64,000 bases of DNA from an uncultured Opitutia bacterium (GCA_903830425.1 CAIKTR010000029.1:10396-74395); one strand, 5' to 3'; counted from the stretch's first letter, positions 18,125-27,859 are shown. A program made the numbers and translations. The notes: generated by a model not told the origin, from the letters alone.

Positions 18125-18757
18125 TCAGGCCTTGGCGCGGCGCGGCGCGGCCGCGCGATCGGGAAACATGTCCAGCTGCACGTCCTTGAGCAGGTCGTAG
18201 TTCTTCAGGATGCGCATGACCTGCAGCGTGTCGCTCTTGCTGTAGTTCTGGTTGATTTCGATCTTGTCGAGGATGTCGAGCAGCATGGCGCGGAACGAGA
18301 TGATCGCGTCGATGCCGTGCTCCTTGAGCAGCTCGACGCTCTGGGAGCGGAACGGCTCGGCCGTCGGCAGGCTCGGCAGCACCAGGATCTTGGTCAGCGC
18401 GCCGCCCGGCTCCTCCGCGGCGTCCGGCGGGAAGAAGTTGCTCGCCTCCTTCAGGACCTTTTCCTCGAGGAAGCGGAAGATCTCCGGGCTGCTCTTGAGG
18501 GTCGCCGGCGTGAACACGCCCGTGTGCCAGCCCTTCACCGCCACCACGGCCTTCTGGACGAACGCCAGCTCGGACGAGAAGAGGAAGAAGTCCGGCCGCC
18601 GCGAGCCCCGCCGCCAGGCGGGGTTGTAGACCACGAGGTCGATCTCCTCCTCCCCGGTTTTGCGGCGCGCCTGCACCTGATACTTGCGCGCCTGGCGGAC
18701 GAGAAATCCGTTTTGCTCGAAGTACTCCCGGACAATGCCTTCGTCGATGGCCGACAT
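18125..18757 (-). CDS. conserved hypothetical protein (possible degenerate PD-(D/E)xK-like N-terminal fold)
   Basis: 210-aa ORF with good coding appearance, 5 nt upstream of lpxA and 44 nt downstream of aroB. No family recognised. EYFEQNGFLV..EEIDLVV..AVVAVKGW loosely resembles Hjc/YraN-type nuclease cores. Confidence 0.6.
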   Translation of the reverse strand: MSAIDEGIVREYFEQNGFLVRQARKYQVQARRKTGEEEIDLVVYNPAWRRGSRRPDFFLFSSELAFVQKAVVAVKGWHTGVFTPATLKSSPEIFRFLEEKVLKEASNFFPPDAAEEPGGALTKILVLPSLPTAEPFRSQSVELLKEHGIDAIISFRAMLLDILDKIEINQNYSKSDTLQVMRILKNYDLLKDVQLDMFPDRAAAPRRAKA

Positions 18758-18801
18758 AATGGGTCAGGTTAGCCGTTGGGGCGCTGATAGCACATCAATT
18801 C

Positions 18802-19887
18802 TTAGCCGGCGCCCAGCTCGCGCCAGACCGTGGCCACCGCCGCCGGGTCGACCGCCGCCGTCGTGACCGCCGTCCCCAGCCCGTGCAGGAGCACGAACCG
18901 CAGCTGCCCGGCGCGCACCTTCTTGTCGTGCTGCATCGCCGCCAGCAGGTCCGCCAGCGGCAGCGGCGCGCGCAGGCGGACCGGCAGGCCCTGCGCCGCG
19001 ACCGTCCGCTCGACCCGCGCGACGTCCGCGGCGGTCAGGTGGCCCAGCTGGTGCGAGAGCCGGGCGGCCGCCGCCAGCCCGACGGCCACCGCCTCGCCGT
19101 GCAGGTAGGGGCCGAAACCCGTGACCTGCTCGAGGGCGTGTCCAAAGGTGTGCCCGAGGTTCAGCAGCGCGCGGCCGCCCTCCGGCGCCAGCTCGCGTTC
19201 GTCCGCCTGGACGATCGCCGCCTTCGTCGCGCAGCAGCGCCGGATGACCCCGGCCAGTTCCGGGCGGCCGACCTGGAGCGGCGCCTGTTCCAGCTGCGTG
19301 AACAGGGGGAGGTCGCCGAGCAGCCCGTACTTGATGACCTCGGCGGCCCCGGCGGCGAATTCCCGGGCCGGGAGCGTCTGCAGGAAGTCCGTGGCCACCA
19401 GCACCGCGCGCGGGTGGTGAAACGCCCCGACCAGATTCTTGCCCGCGGCGAGGTTGAGCCCGGTCTTGCCGCCCACCGAGCTGTCCACCATCGCCAGCAG
19501 CGTCGTGGGGATCTGCACGTAGTCGATCCCGCGCAGGTAGCTCGCCGCCGCGAACCCGCCGAGGTCGCCCACGACCCCGCCCCCCAGCACGAGGAGCAGG
19601 CCCTGGCGGGAGATCCGCTGCTCCGCCAAAAAGTCCAGCACCCGCCCCAGCACCGGCAGGGACTTCGCGCCTTCGCCCGGCTCCACCACCAGGCGCGGCA
19701 CCCCGGCCAGCGTCCGCGCCAGCAGCCCGGCCTGGGCCCGGGCAACCCCGGCATCCGTCAGGAGCGCCACCGGCCGGCCGCCGGCCGCCAGTTCCTCCAG
19801 CAGGCCGGCCAGCCGCGCCTCCGCCCCGTCCATAAAATGGATCGGATAGCTGCGCGCGCCCAATTCCACCGTCAGCCCAGGGGTCAT
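18802..19887 (-). CDS. aroB: 3-dehydroquinate synthase
   Basis: GGGVVGDLGGFAA, VQIPTTLLAMVDSSVGGKTG and LNLGHTFGHALE are AroB motifs. Confidence 0.95.
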   Translation of the reverse strand: MTPGLTVELGARSYPIHFMDGAEARLAGLLEELAAGGRPVALLTDAGVARAQAGLLARTLAGVPRLVVEPGEGAKSLPVLGRVLDFLAEQRISRQGLLLVLGGGVVGDLGGFAAASYLRGIDYVQIPTTLLAMVDSSVGGKTGLNLAAGKNLVGAFHHPRAVLVATDFLQTLPAREFAAGAAEVIKYGLLGDLPLFTQLEQAPLQVGRPELAGVIRRCCATKAAIVQADERELAPEGGRALLNLGHTFGHALEQVTGFGPYLHGEAVAVGLAAAARLSHQLGHLTAADVARVERTVAAQGLPVRLRAPLPLADLLAAMQHDKKVRAGQLRFVLLHGLGTAVTTAAVDPAAVATVWRELGAG

Positions 19888-20030
19888 GCGTAGGTTAAAA
19901 AACAGCCGCGCACAGGGGTCAATGCGGTTGTACCCCGGCGCGCCCCGGCCGCGGAGCGCCCCGCCCCGGCGCCCCCGCGCCTTTTCCGCTGGTTCCCGTC
20001 CGGCCCGCGGCCTAGGGTCGGCGCCCTCGC

Positions 20031-21359
20031 ATGAAAAAAGCCTCGTCCCACTTCCCCCGGATCCGCCCCATCGCCTATGAGGGCCCCGCCACCCGGAACG
20101 CCCTCGCGTTCCGGCACTACAATCCGGACGAGGTCGTGGACGGCCGGACGATGGCCGAGCACCTGCGGTTTTCCGTCGCGTACTGGCATGCCTTCCGCGG
20201 CACCGGCGCCGACCCCTTCGGCCCGGGCACGATCCTCCGCCCGTGGGAATCCGGCCGCTCCGCCCTCTCGGTCGCCAAGACGCGGATGGATGCCGCCTTC
20301 GAGTTCTTCCAGAAGATCCGGGTCCCGTTCTACTGCTTCCACGACCGCGACATCGCGCCCGAGGGCAAGACCCTCGCCGCGTCCAACCGCAACCTCGAGC
20401 AGCTGGTCGCCCACGCCAAGGCCCTCCAGCAGGCGACCGGCGTCAAGCTCCTGTGGGGCACCGCCAACCTCTTCTCCCACCGCCGCTACATGTGCGGCGC
20501 CGCCACGAATCCGGATGCGCACGTCTTCGCCTACGCCGCGGCCCAGGTGAAGCAGGCGCTCGATGCGACCCACGCCCTCGGCGGCCAGAACTACGTCTTC
20601 TGGGGCGGCCGCGAGGGCTACGAGACCCTGCTGAACACCGACCTCAAGCGCGAGCAGGACCACCTCGCGGCCTTCCTCCACATGGCGGTCGACTACGCCC
20701 GGAGCATCGGCTTCCAGGGCCAGCTCCTGATCGAGCCCAAGCCGAAGGAGCCGACCAAGCACCAGTACGACTTCGACGTCGCCAGCGGCGTCGCCTTCCT
20801 CCGCACCTACGGCCTGGCCCGGCACTTCAAGTTCAACCTCGAGACCAACCACGCGACGCTCGCCGGGCACTCCTTCCAGCACGAGATCGAGGTCGCCGCG
20901 GCCCACGGCATGCTCGGCTCGATCGACGCCAACGCCGGCGACGAGCTCCTCGGCTGGGACACCGACCAGTTCAACACCAACGTGAAGGAGCTCGCGCTCG
21001 CCATGGTCTCCATCCTGCGCGCCGGCGGCCTCGGCTCGGGCGGGCTCAACTTCGACGCCAAGCTCCGCCGCCCCAGCATCGACCCCGCCGACCTGTTTTA
21101 CGCCCACCTCGGCGGCATGGACGCCTACGCCCTCGCCTTCAAGATCGCCCGCCAGATCATCGCCGACGGCCAGTTCGCGGGCTTCCTCCAGGAGCGCTAC
21201 GCCAGCTACGACACCGGCTACGGCCGCGCGATCGCCCGCCGCCAGGTCGGCTTCCGGGAGCTGAACCGGCTCGTCCTGCGCCAGCTCGGCGAGCCCCGGC
21301 CCCGCTCGGGCCGGCAGGAATACCTCGAGAACCTGCTCAACCGCTACGTGCACGGCTGA
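20031..21359 (+). CDS. xylA: xylose isomerase
   Basis: [38 protein letters not shown] and [15 protein letters not shown] are class II XylA signatures. Confidence 0.95.
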   Translation: MKKASSHFPRIRPIAYEGPATRNALAFRHYNPDEVVDGRTMAEHLRFSVAYWHAFRGTGADPFGPGTILRPWESGRSALSVAKTRMDAAFEFFQKIRVPFYCFHDRDIAPEGKTLAASNRNLEQLVAHAKALQQATGVKLLWGTANLFSHRRYMCGAATNPDAHVFAYAAAQVKQALDATHALGGQNYVFWGGREGYETLLNTDLKREQDHLAAFLHMAVDYARSIGFQGQLLIEPKPKEPTKHQYDFDVASGVAFLRTYGLARHFKFNLETNHATLAGHSFQHEIEVAAAHGMLGSIDANAGDELLGWDTDQFNTNVKELALAMVSILRAGGLGSGGLNFDAKLRRPSIDPADLFYAHLGGMDAYALAFKIARQIIADGQFAGFLQERYASYDTGYGRAIARRQVGFRELNRLVLRQLGEPRPRSGRQEYLENLLNRYVHG

Positions 21360-21374
21360 GCCCGCCCCCCCGCG

Positions 21375-21785
21375 ATGCGCCTGCCCGCCCTCCTGCTCGC
21401 CTGCGGCCTCCTGCTGGGCTGCTCGTCCCTCTCCACCCACCGCGGGGACGGCCTCGACCGGGTCCAGCGCATCTACGTCGAGCACCTGCTCACCGACAAC
21501 CACCGCCTCGACCACGCCATGGTCGCGGAACTGCGGGGCCTCGGCTACGAGGCGTCGTGCGGCCCCCTGACCATGCTGCCGGACAACACGGAGGCCATCC
21601 TCACCTATCGGGAGCGGTCGGCGTGGGATTTCCAGAGTTACCTGATCGAGCTGAGCTTCGAGCTGAAGGGCCGCATCACCGGCCAGACGCTGGCCACGGG
21701 CCGGTACTACCAGCCGTCGGTGCACCCCAAGACCCCGGAGGAAGTGGTCCACGCGGTCCTCCCGCCGGCCTTCCGGCGGCGCTGA
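21375..21785 (+). CDS. lipoprotein, function unknown
   Basis: Lipobox LLLGC|SS after a hydrophobic N-terminus. 136 aa. No recognised domain. Confidence 0.6.
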   Translation: MRLPALLLACGLLLGCSSLSTHRGDGLDRVQRIYVEHLLTDNHRLDHAMVAELRGLGYEASCGPLTMLPDNTEAILTYRERSAWDFQSYLIELSFELKGRITGQTLATGRYYQPSVHPKTPEEVVHAVLPPAFRRR

Positions 21786-21859
21786 GCCGGCCGCCGCGCG
21801 CGGCGGCCCCGACTTTGGGCTTTGCCGCCGCCGGCCCGGCCGCCAAGCTCCGCGGCCAT

Positions 21860-23386
21860 ATGTGCCCCGCCCCTGGCCAATCCACCTCCGACGCTGGCCC
21901 CGTGCTCCCCACCGACGGACGCGACACCGGGGGCCTCGGCGGACATCCGCGCGGCCTGACCACGCTCTTCTTCACCGAGATGTGGGAGCGGTTCAGCTAC
22001 TACGGCATGCGGGCCCTGCTGATCCTGTTCATGGTCAAGACGGCCGCCGAGGGCGGGCTGGGCTACGACACCAAGCGGGCCGCCGCCATCTACGGCACCT
22101 ACACGATGAGCGTGTACCTGCTCTCCATCCTGGGCGGCTTCATCGCCGACAACTTCATCGGCGCCCGCCGCGCCGTGCTCGTCGGCGGCATCGTCATCGC
22201 CAGCGGCCACTACGCCATGGCCTTCTCCTCGACGGCCACGTTCTTCGCCGGCCTCGTGCTCATTGCCCTCGGGACCGGCCTGCTCAAGCCCAGCATCTCC
22301 ACCATGGTGGGCAGCCTCTACCGCCCGGACGACGAGCGCCGCGACGCCGGGTTCTCCATTTTCTACATGGGCATCAACCTGGGGGCCTTCCTCGCCCCGC
22401 TCGTGACCGGCTACCTGGCCCAGAGCGCCGGCTGGAAGGCCCGGCTGGCCCAGTGGGGCCTGGATCCGCTGCACTGCTGGCACTGGGGGTTCGCCGCCGC
22501 CGGCGTCGGCATGACCTGCGGGCTCGTCCTGTACGTGCTGCAGCGCGACCGCCTCGCCCAGGTTGGGCACGCGCCGACCCCCGCGCCGGATGGCTCCCGC
22601 CCCTGGGGCAAGCTCGCGCTCGTCGCCCTCGGCTCCCTCGCCCTCATCCTCGCGATGAAGGCCAGCGACGACCATCCCCAGCTCGTCTACCTCCTCTTCG
22701 GGCTGCAGGTTGCCGCCCTCCTCGGGTTCGCCTTCCAGCCCGACCCGGACCGCCGGCGCATCGCCGCCATCCTCGTCTTCTTCATGGCGGCGGAGGTGTT
22801 CTGGGCGATCTTCGAGCAGACCGGCTCCTCCCTCACGCTGTTCGCCGACCGCCTGACTCGGAACGAAATCCTCGGCCTGCCCTTCCCCTCCTCCTGGTGG
22901 CAGTCGGTCAACTCCGTCTGGGTCATCCTCCTGGCGCCGGCGTTCGCCTTCCTCTGGATCCGCCTCGGCCACCGGCAGCCCTCCAGCCCGCTGAAATTCG
23001 TGCTCGGCCTGCTCTTCGTGGCGCTGTCCTTCGTGCTCATGGTGCCGGCCGCCCAGCTCACGGCGGCCGGCCGCGTCAGCCCGCTCTGGCTGGTCGGCCT
23101 GTTCTTCCTCCAGACGGTCGGGGAGATGCTGCTCAGCCCGGTGGGGCTTTCCACCATGACCAAGCTCGCCCCGCAGCGGCTCGTCGGCCTGGTGATGGGC
23201 ATCTGGTTTCTGGCCGCCGCGCTGGGCAACAAGCTCGCCGGCGTGATTGCGGGCGAGTTCACCAGCGACCACGCCGACCAGCTCGCCGCGTTCTTCTGGC
23301 ATCAGGCGCTCGGCGTGGCGGCCTGCACCCTCGTGCTGTTCGCCCTCGTGCCCTGGATGAAGCGGCTGATGGGCGGCGTGCGGTAA
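21860..23386 (+). CDS. proton-dependent oligopeptide transporter (POT/PTR2 family)
   Basis: FFTEMWERFSYYGMRALL is the PTR2 signature, and the protein is polytopic. The start ATG 21860 is in frame with the long composite ORF 20243..23386. Confidence 0.85.
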   Translation: MCPAPGQSTSDAGPVLPTDGRDTGGLGGHPRGLTTLFFTEMWERFSYYGMRALLILFMVKTAAEGGLGYDTKRAAAIYGTYTMSVYLLSILGGFIADNFIGARRAVLVGGIVIASGHYAMAFSSTATFFAGLVLIALGTGLLKPSISTMVGSLYRPDDERRDAGFSIFYMGINLGAFLAPLVTGYLAQSAGWKARLAQWGLDPLHCWHWGFAAAGVGMTCGLVLYVLQRDRLAQVGHAPTPAPDGSRPWGKLALVALGSLALILAMKASDDHPQLVYLLFGLQVAALLGFAFQPDPDRRRIAAILVFFMAAEVFWAIFEQTGSSLTLFADRLTRNEILGLPFPSSWWQSVNSVWVILLAPAFAFLWIRLGHRQPSSPLKFVLGLLFVALSFVLMVPAAQLTAAGRVSPLWLVGLFFLQTVGEMLLSPVGLSTMTKLAPQRLVGLVMGIWFLAAALGNKLAGVIAGEFTSDHADQLAAFFWHQALGVAACTLVLFALVPWMKRLMGGVR

Positions 23387-23404
23387 GCGCCGGGGTCCGT
23401 CCCC

Positions 23405-23464
23405 GGCTCGGGCTCCGGCCCCAGCTCCGGCTCCAGCTCCGGCTCGGGCGCCCGCTCCGGCGCC
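23405..23464. repeat. tandem hexanucleotide repeat, ten units of consensus GGCTCC
   Basis: ggctcg ggctcc ggcccc agctcc ggctcc agctcc ggctcg ggcgcc cgctcc ggcgcc, read directly. Intergenic, just after the POT stop. Confidence 0.8.
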
Positions 23465-23607
23465 CGTAGCAGCCGACGTGAGGAGGCTGGGTCCGTCGTC
23501 AGCAGGCTGCTCAGCGCCGTCGCGAGAAGATTGCTCAGCGCCGTCGAGCCCGGCCTCCTCACGTCGGCACGACACCCCAGCCTCCTCACGTCGGCTGCTA
23601 CGGGCGC
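23460..23607. repeat. perfect 32-bp inverted repeat with internally duplicated arm fragments (REP/MITE-like element or giant hairpin)
   Basis: GCGCCCGTAGCAGCCGACGTGAGGAGGCTGGG at 23460-23491 and its exact reverse complement at 23576-23607, 84 nt apart. An extra copy of CCTCCTCACGTCGGC lies at 23554-23568. The direct repeat TGCTCAGCGCCGTCG lies at 23508-23522 and 23532-23546. Confidence 0.85.
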
Positions 23608-23608
23608 T

Positions 23609-25114
23609 TCATCGGCTCGGGTTTCCGGCGAGCTTGATCGCCAGCGGCGTCCAGGCCCCCGCCTTGACCTCCACCCCCGGCCGCACCGCCGTCTCGTAGC
23701 CCGGACAGGAAATGATCAGGTCGTAGCGGCCCGGCCGCAACAGCCGCCAGAGGCGGCCGAACTCCGGCTCGGTCGAACGCCGGTCCACCGTCTCGTTCTC
23801 AATCCGCGGCAGCCACACCTGCGCCGCCAGCGGCCGGCCGGTCGCCGCGTCCGTCACCTCCACCGCCAGCCCGGGCCCCGCGGTGCGGGCCAGCAGCGCG
23901 CGCACCCCGCCGAGATTCGCCGCGATGATCCCCGGCACCTCCTCGGGCGGAAACAGGTGCGCGCCCTTGCCCGTCTCAATGATGAAATCCAGCACCCCCT
24001 TGCGGCCGTACAGCCACGGGTAGCTCTGGCTCCCGGGGCCGCCCGGCGCGGTCGCATAGGTGCCCGTGCCCGCCATCGTGGGAATCTGGCCGGCAATCTC
24101 CCCCGCAATCTCGCGGATCAGCGCATCGTCCGGGGCCGCCTGCGTGCCCCACCGCCACGGATAATAGATCACCTCGCCCTGGCTGTGATAGGAGACCGAC
24201 AGCACGAGAGGCTTGAGCTCCAGCAGCCGGCGCATCGCCCGGTTTTCCGCCTCGGAAAAGGGATGCTCCCCGCGGTACCGGTCGCTCGCCGGCTCGCCCG
24301 TGCCCCCCATCGCCCAGTTGAAGTCGTAGCCCCGGTTCACATCCACCCCCTCCGGGAAAACCCCGGTCACCCCGTCGCCGTTCACGTCCCGCGCATTCTT
24401 GCGCCAGCGCGGATCCCGGCCCGACGTGACAATGTCGTGGCCATCCACGTTGACCACGGGCACGAGGTAAATCTCGCAGCGGTCCACCCAGGCGGTGACC
24501 TCCGGGTCGCGGCCATAGTCGAGCACGAGTTTCTGGAGCAGCGTGAAGACGATCTCCGCGCCCATGACTTCGTCGGCGTGGTGGCACCCGTCGAACAGCA
24601 CGCCCGGCTTGGGCTGCGTCCGGCGGGCGTCGCTCGACACGCGGTAGGCGTAGATCGGGCGGTGAAACTGCGTCGTCTCACCCAGCGTCACGCGGGTGAT
24701 CCGCTCCGGGTGCAGCCGCACCAGCTCGTCGGCCCGCGCCACGATCTGGTCGTAGCTGTGGTACACCGGGGGCAGCCGCAGGGTCGGCCCGTAGCACGCC
24801 CGCCGATAAAGCGTCAGCACGTCCGGGCTCTCGCTCACGATCCGCGCCTGGTAGCCGTCCTGCCGCAGCGCCGCGAACTCCGCCGGCGTCGCCAGCTGCA
24901 ACGCCGTGTCGCGCACCAGGCTCAGCAGCGCCACGCGGTTGTAGTCGCTGTAGTCGAAGCGGCCCGCCGCCAGCTGATCCTTGGCCGGGACCGCGCGCAC
25001 CTCGACCAGCAGCGAGCGGACCGCGGGGGCCGGCGCCGCCGGCGCCGCGAACGCCGCGGACGCCGCGACCGCCAGCAGGAAGGAAATCAGACGCACGGGG
25101 TGGGACAGGAGCAT
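23609..25114 (-). CDS. secreted M14-family zinc carboxypeptidase with C-terminal carboxypeptidase-regulatory-like domain
   Basis: The HxxE zinc motif context (GCHHADEVMG), VPVVNVDGH and SYHSQGEVIYYPW are M14-like. The start at MLLSHPVRLISFLLAVAASAAFA (25114) gives a signal peptide. The ORF maximum is 25837. Confidence 0.8.
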   Translation of the reverse strand: MLLSHPVRLISFLLAVAASAAFAAPAAPAPAVRSLLVEVRAVPAKDQLAAGRFDYSDYNRVALLSLVRDTALQLATPAEFAALRQDGYQARIVSESPDVLTLYRRACYGPTLRLPPVYHSYDQIVARADELVRLHPERITRVTLGETTQFHRPIYAYRVSSDARRTQPKPGVLFDGCHHADEVMGAEIVFTLLQKLVLDYGRDPEVTAWVDRCEIYLVPVVNVDGHDIVTSGRDPRWRKNARDVNGDGVTGVFPEGVDVNRGYDFNWAMGGTGEPASDRYRGEHPFSEAENRAMRRLLELKPLVLSVSYHSQGEVIYYPWRWGTQAAPDDALIREIAGEIAGQIPTMAGTGTYATAPGGPGSQSYPWLYGRKGVLDFIIETGKGAHLFPPEEVPGIIAANLGGVRALLARTAGPGLAVEVTDAATGRPLAAQVWLPRIENETVDRRSTEPEFGRLWRLLRPGRYDLIISCPGYETAVRPGVEVKAGAWTPLAIKLAGNPSR

Positions 25115-25285
25115 AGGGGAAAGGGAGGAGCGGAGATTTCGCCGGGGGCGCGGCAAAGCGCAACTGCGGGATGGCATCTTTCTGCGCCGCCTAGTCGCCG
25201 GCGCGGGGACCCGGCCGGGCCGAAAAATGGCGCCGGGGCGGTTTTCCCCGTTGCCGCGACCGCCGGCCCCGGCCAACCATGGCGC

Positions 25286-25903
25286 ATGCCCGTCCGTTCC
25301 TGGTTTGCCACCCAGCTTTATTGCGCGCCGCTGCAGCGGACCGGGCTCGCCCGCCTCAATGCCGAGCTGGCCGTCGAGTGCCGCCAGGTGCGCGACTACG
25401 ACGCCGCCGGCCGGCGCTGGTCGGCCAAGCATTATCCCGGCGGCTACACCAGCTACGCCTCGATGAATGAGCTCCACCGCTTCTCCAGCACCTTTGGCGG
25501 GCTCGAGCAGAAGCTGCAGCGGCACGTCCTCGCCTTTGCCCGCCACCTCGAACTGGACCTGCGCGGCCGCACCGTCCGGATGTCGGACTGCTGGGTGAAC
25601 ATCATGCCGCCCACGGCCGCCCACTCGCTCCATATCCATCCGCTGTCCTTCATCAGCGGCACCTATTACGTCGCCACCCCGCGAGGCTGCCCGGGCCTGA
25701 AATTCGAGGATCCCCGCCTGAGCAATTTCATGGCGGCCCCGCCCCGGCTCACCTCGGCCCGCCCCGCCCATCGCGCCCACGTCACCTACCCCGCCCGGGC
25801 CGGCAACGTCGTCCTGTTCGAGAGCTGGCTCCGGCACGAGGTTCCCCCCAACCAGGTCGACGACGAACGCATTAGCATCAGCTTCAATTTCAACTGGTCC
25901 TGA
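25286..25903 (+). CDS. TIGR02466-like 2OG-Fe(II) oxygenase superfamily protein
   Basis: WVNIMPPTAAHSLHIHPLSFISGTYYV ... VVLFESWLRHEV ... RISISFN resembles the TIGR02466 family (HxH...H facial triad pattern). Confidence 0.7.
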   Translation: MPVRSWFATQLYCAPLQRTGLARLNAELAVECRQVRDYDAAGRRWSAKHYPGGYTSYASMNELHRFSSTFGGLEQKLQRHVLAFARHLELDLRGRTVRMSDCWVNIMPPTAAHSLHIHPLSFISGTYYVATPRGCPGLKFEDPRLSNFMAAPPRLTSARPAHRAHVTYPARAGNVVLFESWLRHEVPPNQVDDERISISFNFNWS

Positions 25904-25971
25904 CCCTCCCGCCCCACCCCGCCCGCGGAACTTTTCCCCACCGCGGACGTCAGCAGACGCCTCGCCCCCCG

Positions 25972-26598
25972 ATGATCCCCTCCCGCCTCCGCCCCGCCGC
26001 CCTGCTCGCCCTCGCCTGCGCCCTGCTCGCCGGCTGTGAAACCGCCCCCGACCGGCGCTCCGCCGCGGAGGACGTCCGCCGCGCCGCGCCGTCCCTGGCC
26101 GCGCACGACACGTTTTTTGGCGGCCGGATCGCCGCCCAGCTCACCCTCGCCAGCGTTCCGGTCTCCCCCCGCGGCCCCGGCCACGTCCCCCCCGGCGGCT
26201 GGAATGCCGGCGCGGGCCTCGTCGGCGGCGACGGGATGGAGGGGCGGCGCGAGGGCGGCGACCCGGACCGGTCCGAGGAACTGCGCCCGCGCTACGCCAA
26301 CAGCCCGATGCCGCCGGCCCTGTTCCGCCTGCGGCTCGAAAACACCTCCCGCGAGGAGCTGACCGTGGAAATCCAGGACCTGAACTCCGAACTCGGCAAC
26401 TTTGCCACCCGGCCCGATAAATTCACCCTCGCCCCGGGCGCGTCCGGCACGCCCAACGCCATGCAGTCCCTCCTCGGGCTCGATACCGTGGCCTTGCCCG
26501 TGACCCTCTCGCTGCGGGTCGCCGGCCAGACCGAGACCAAGGTGCTGACCCTGCGGCCCGTGCCGACCGAGTCCGCCGGTTCGCCCCCGGCGCCTTGA
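25972..26598 (+). CDS. lipoprotein, function unknown
   Basis: Lipobox LLAGC|ET. 208 aa. No recognised domain. Confidence 0.55.
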   Translation: MIPSRLRPAALLALACALLAGCETAPDRRSAAEDVRRAAPSLAAHDTFFGGRIAAQLTLASVPVSPRGPGHVPPGGWNAGAGLVGGDGMEGRREGGDPDRSEELRPRYANSPMPPALFRLRLENTSREELTVEIQDLNSELGNFATRPDKFTLAPGASGTPNAMQSLLGLDTVALPVTLSLRVAGQTETKVLTLRPVPTESAGSPPAP

Positions 26599-26687
26599 AG
26601 GTGGCCGGCCGGCAGACGGCTCCGTCCGCCGCAGCCGCACTCAAGAATGCGCTTCCGCCCCGCGACCGGCGCCGCTAGGGTTGGGCC

Positions 26688-27098
26688 ATGGTCCGCGCCG
26701 ACGAAACTCCCGAGGTCAAACGCCGCAGCTTCCGGAACTTCCTTTCGTCGGTCCGCTACTCCATCGAGGGATTCATGGCCGCGCTGCGGCATGAGCCGTC
26801 CTTCCGCGAGGACCTGATCTTCGCGGTGCTGCTCGTGCCCCTGGCCATCATCCTCCCGGTCAACGCCGTCTCCACCGCGCTGATGATCGCCTCGCTCATT
26901 CTCATCCTGATCGTCGAGCTGCTCAACTCCGCCATCGAGTGGATCATCGACTACCTGCGCCCCGAGCAGCACCCGCTCGCCAAGCGGATCAAGGACATGG
27001 CCAGCGCCGCCGTCTTCCTCAGCTACATCAACTGCATTGTCGTGTGGACGATCATGCTGTGGCCCAACAACTCCGTGTGGCACCGCCTCTTCGGCTGA
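26688..27098 (+). CDS. dgkA: diacylglycerol kinase (prokaryotic DgkA type)
   Basis: Three TM helices with VELLNSAIE and KDMASAAV motifs. Size is typical. Confidence 0.85.
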   Translation: MVRADETPEVKRRSFRNFLSSVRYSIEGFMAALRHEPSFREDLIFAVLLVPLAIILPVNAVSTALMIASLILILIVELLNSAIEWIIDYLRPEQHPLAKRIKDMASAAVFLSYINCIVVWTIMLWPNNSVWHRLFG

Positions 27099-27103
27099 CC
27101 GCC

Positions 27104-27859
27104 ATGCCGCCCCGCCCCTCCGCCCTCGTCACCGGCGCCTCCCGCGGCATCGGCCGCGCCATCGCCACCCAGCTCGCCGCCCGCGGCGTCCGGGTCGCCG
27201 TGCACTACCACCAGAACCTCGCCGCCGCCACGGCGACTTGCGCCGCCCTCCCCGGCACCGGCCACGCCGTCTTCGCCGCCGACCTCGGCCAGCCCGACGA
27301 GGTCACCCGGCTCTGGGCCGCCGTGACCGCCGCGTTCGGCCGAGTCGAGGTGCTCGTCAACAATGCCGGCCGCTACGCGCCGCATCCCCCGCTCACCACC
27401 AGCCTCGCCGACTGGCGGGCCAACTGGCAGCAGACGCTCGCCACCAACCTGCAGGGCCCGGCCGACCTCGCCCTGCTCGCCGCGCAGCACATGGCCGCCG
27501 CGGGCGGCGGGCACATCGTCAACCTCTCCTCCCGCGGTGCGTTTCGCGGCGAGCCCGACGCCCCGGCCTACGGCGCCAGCAAGGCCGCGCTGAATTCCCT
27601 CGGCCAGTCCCTCGCCCGGGCCCTCGCCCCCCACCGCGTCTATGTCTACGGCCTCGCCCCCGGCTGGGTGGACACCGACATGGCGGCCGACCATCTGGCC
27701 GGGCCGTCCGGACCGGAGATTCTCGCCCAGCATCCGCTCGGCCGCGTGACCACCGCCAGCGAAGTCGCCGCCGCCGCCGTCTTCTGCGCGCTCGATGCGC
27801 CGCCGGCCATGACCGGGGCGATCCTCGACGTGAACGGCGCCTCCTACCTCCGGACCTGA
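27104..27859 (+). CDS. short-chain dehydrogenase/reductase (SDR) family oxidoreductase
   Basis: TGASRGIGRAIA cofactor motif, NNAG, and the catalytic YGASKAAL (YxxxK). Confidence 0.85.
   Translation: MPPRPSALVTGASRGIGRAIATQLAARGVRVAVHYHQNLAAATATCAALPGTGHAVFAADLGQPDEVTRLWAAVTAAFGRVEVLVNNAGRYAPHPPLTTSLADWRANWQQTLATNLQGPADLALLAAQHMAAAGGGHIVNLSSRGAFRGEPDAPAYGASKAALNSLGQSLARALAPHRVYVYGLAPGWVDTDMAADHLAGPSGPEILAQHPLGRVTTASEVAAAAVFCALDAPPAMTGAILDVNGASYLRT

Noticed and set aside
21786-21859. 18-nt perfect palindrome GCCGCCGCGCGCGGCGGC after the lipoprotein gene, considered as a terminator.
   Set aside because: No loop, and only a weak T-rich tail (GACTTTGGGCTTTG). It could be a weak terminator, but such GC palindromes are common in this DNA.
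23405-23607. Repeat cluster considered as a CRISPR array.
   Set aside because: The units are 6-nt tandem repeats plus one long inverted repeat with arm fragments. There is no regular repeat-spacer periodicity of 25-40 nt and no cas genes in the window.
23302-23699. ORFs 23302..23589 (-) and 23478..23699 (+), both beginning MRRLG and containing ASSRRLLRA.
   Set aside because: The shared peptide strings are a by-product of the 32-bp inverted repeat being read on both strands. The translations are low-complexity, and the second ORF overlaps the M14 peptidase 3' end.
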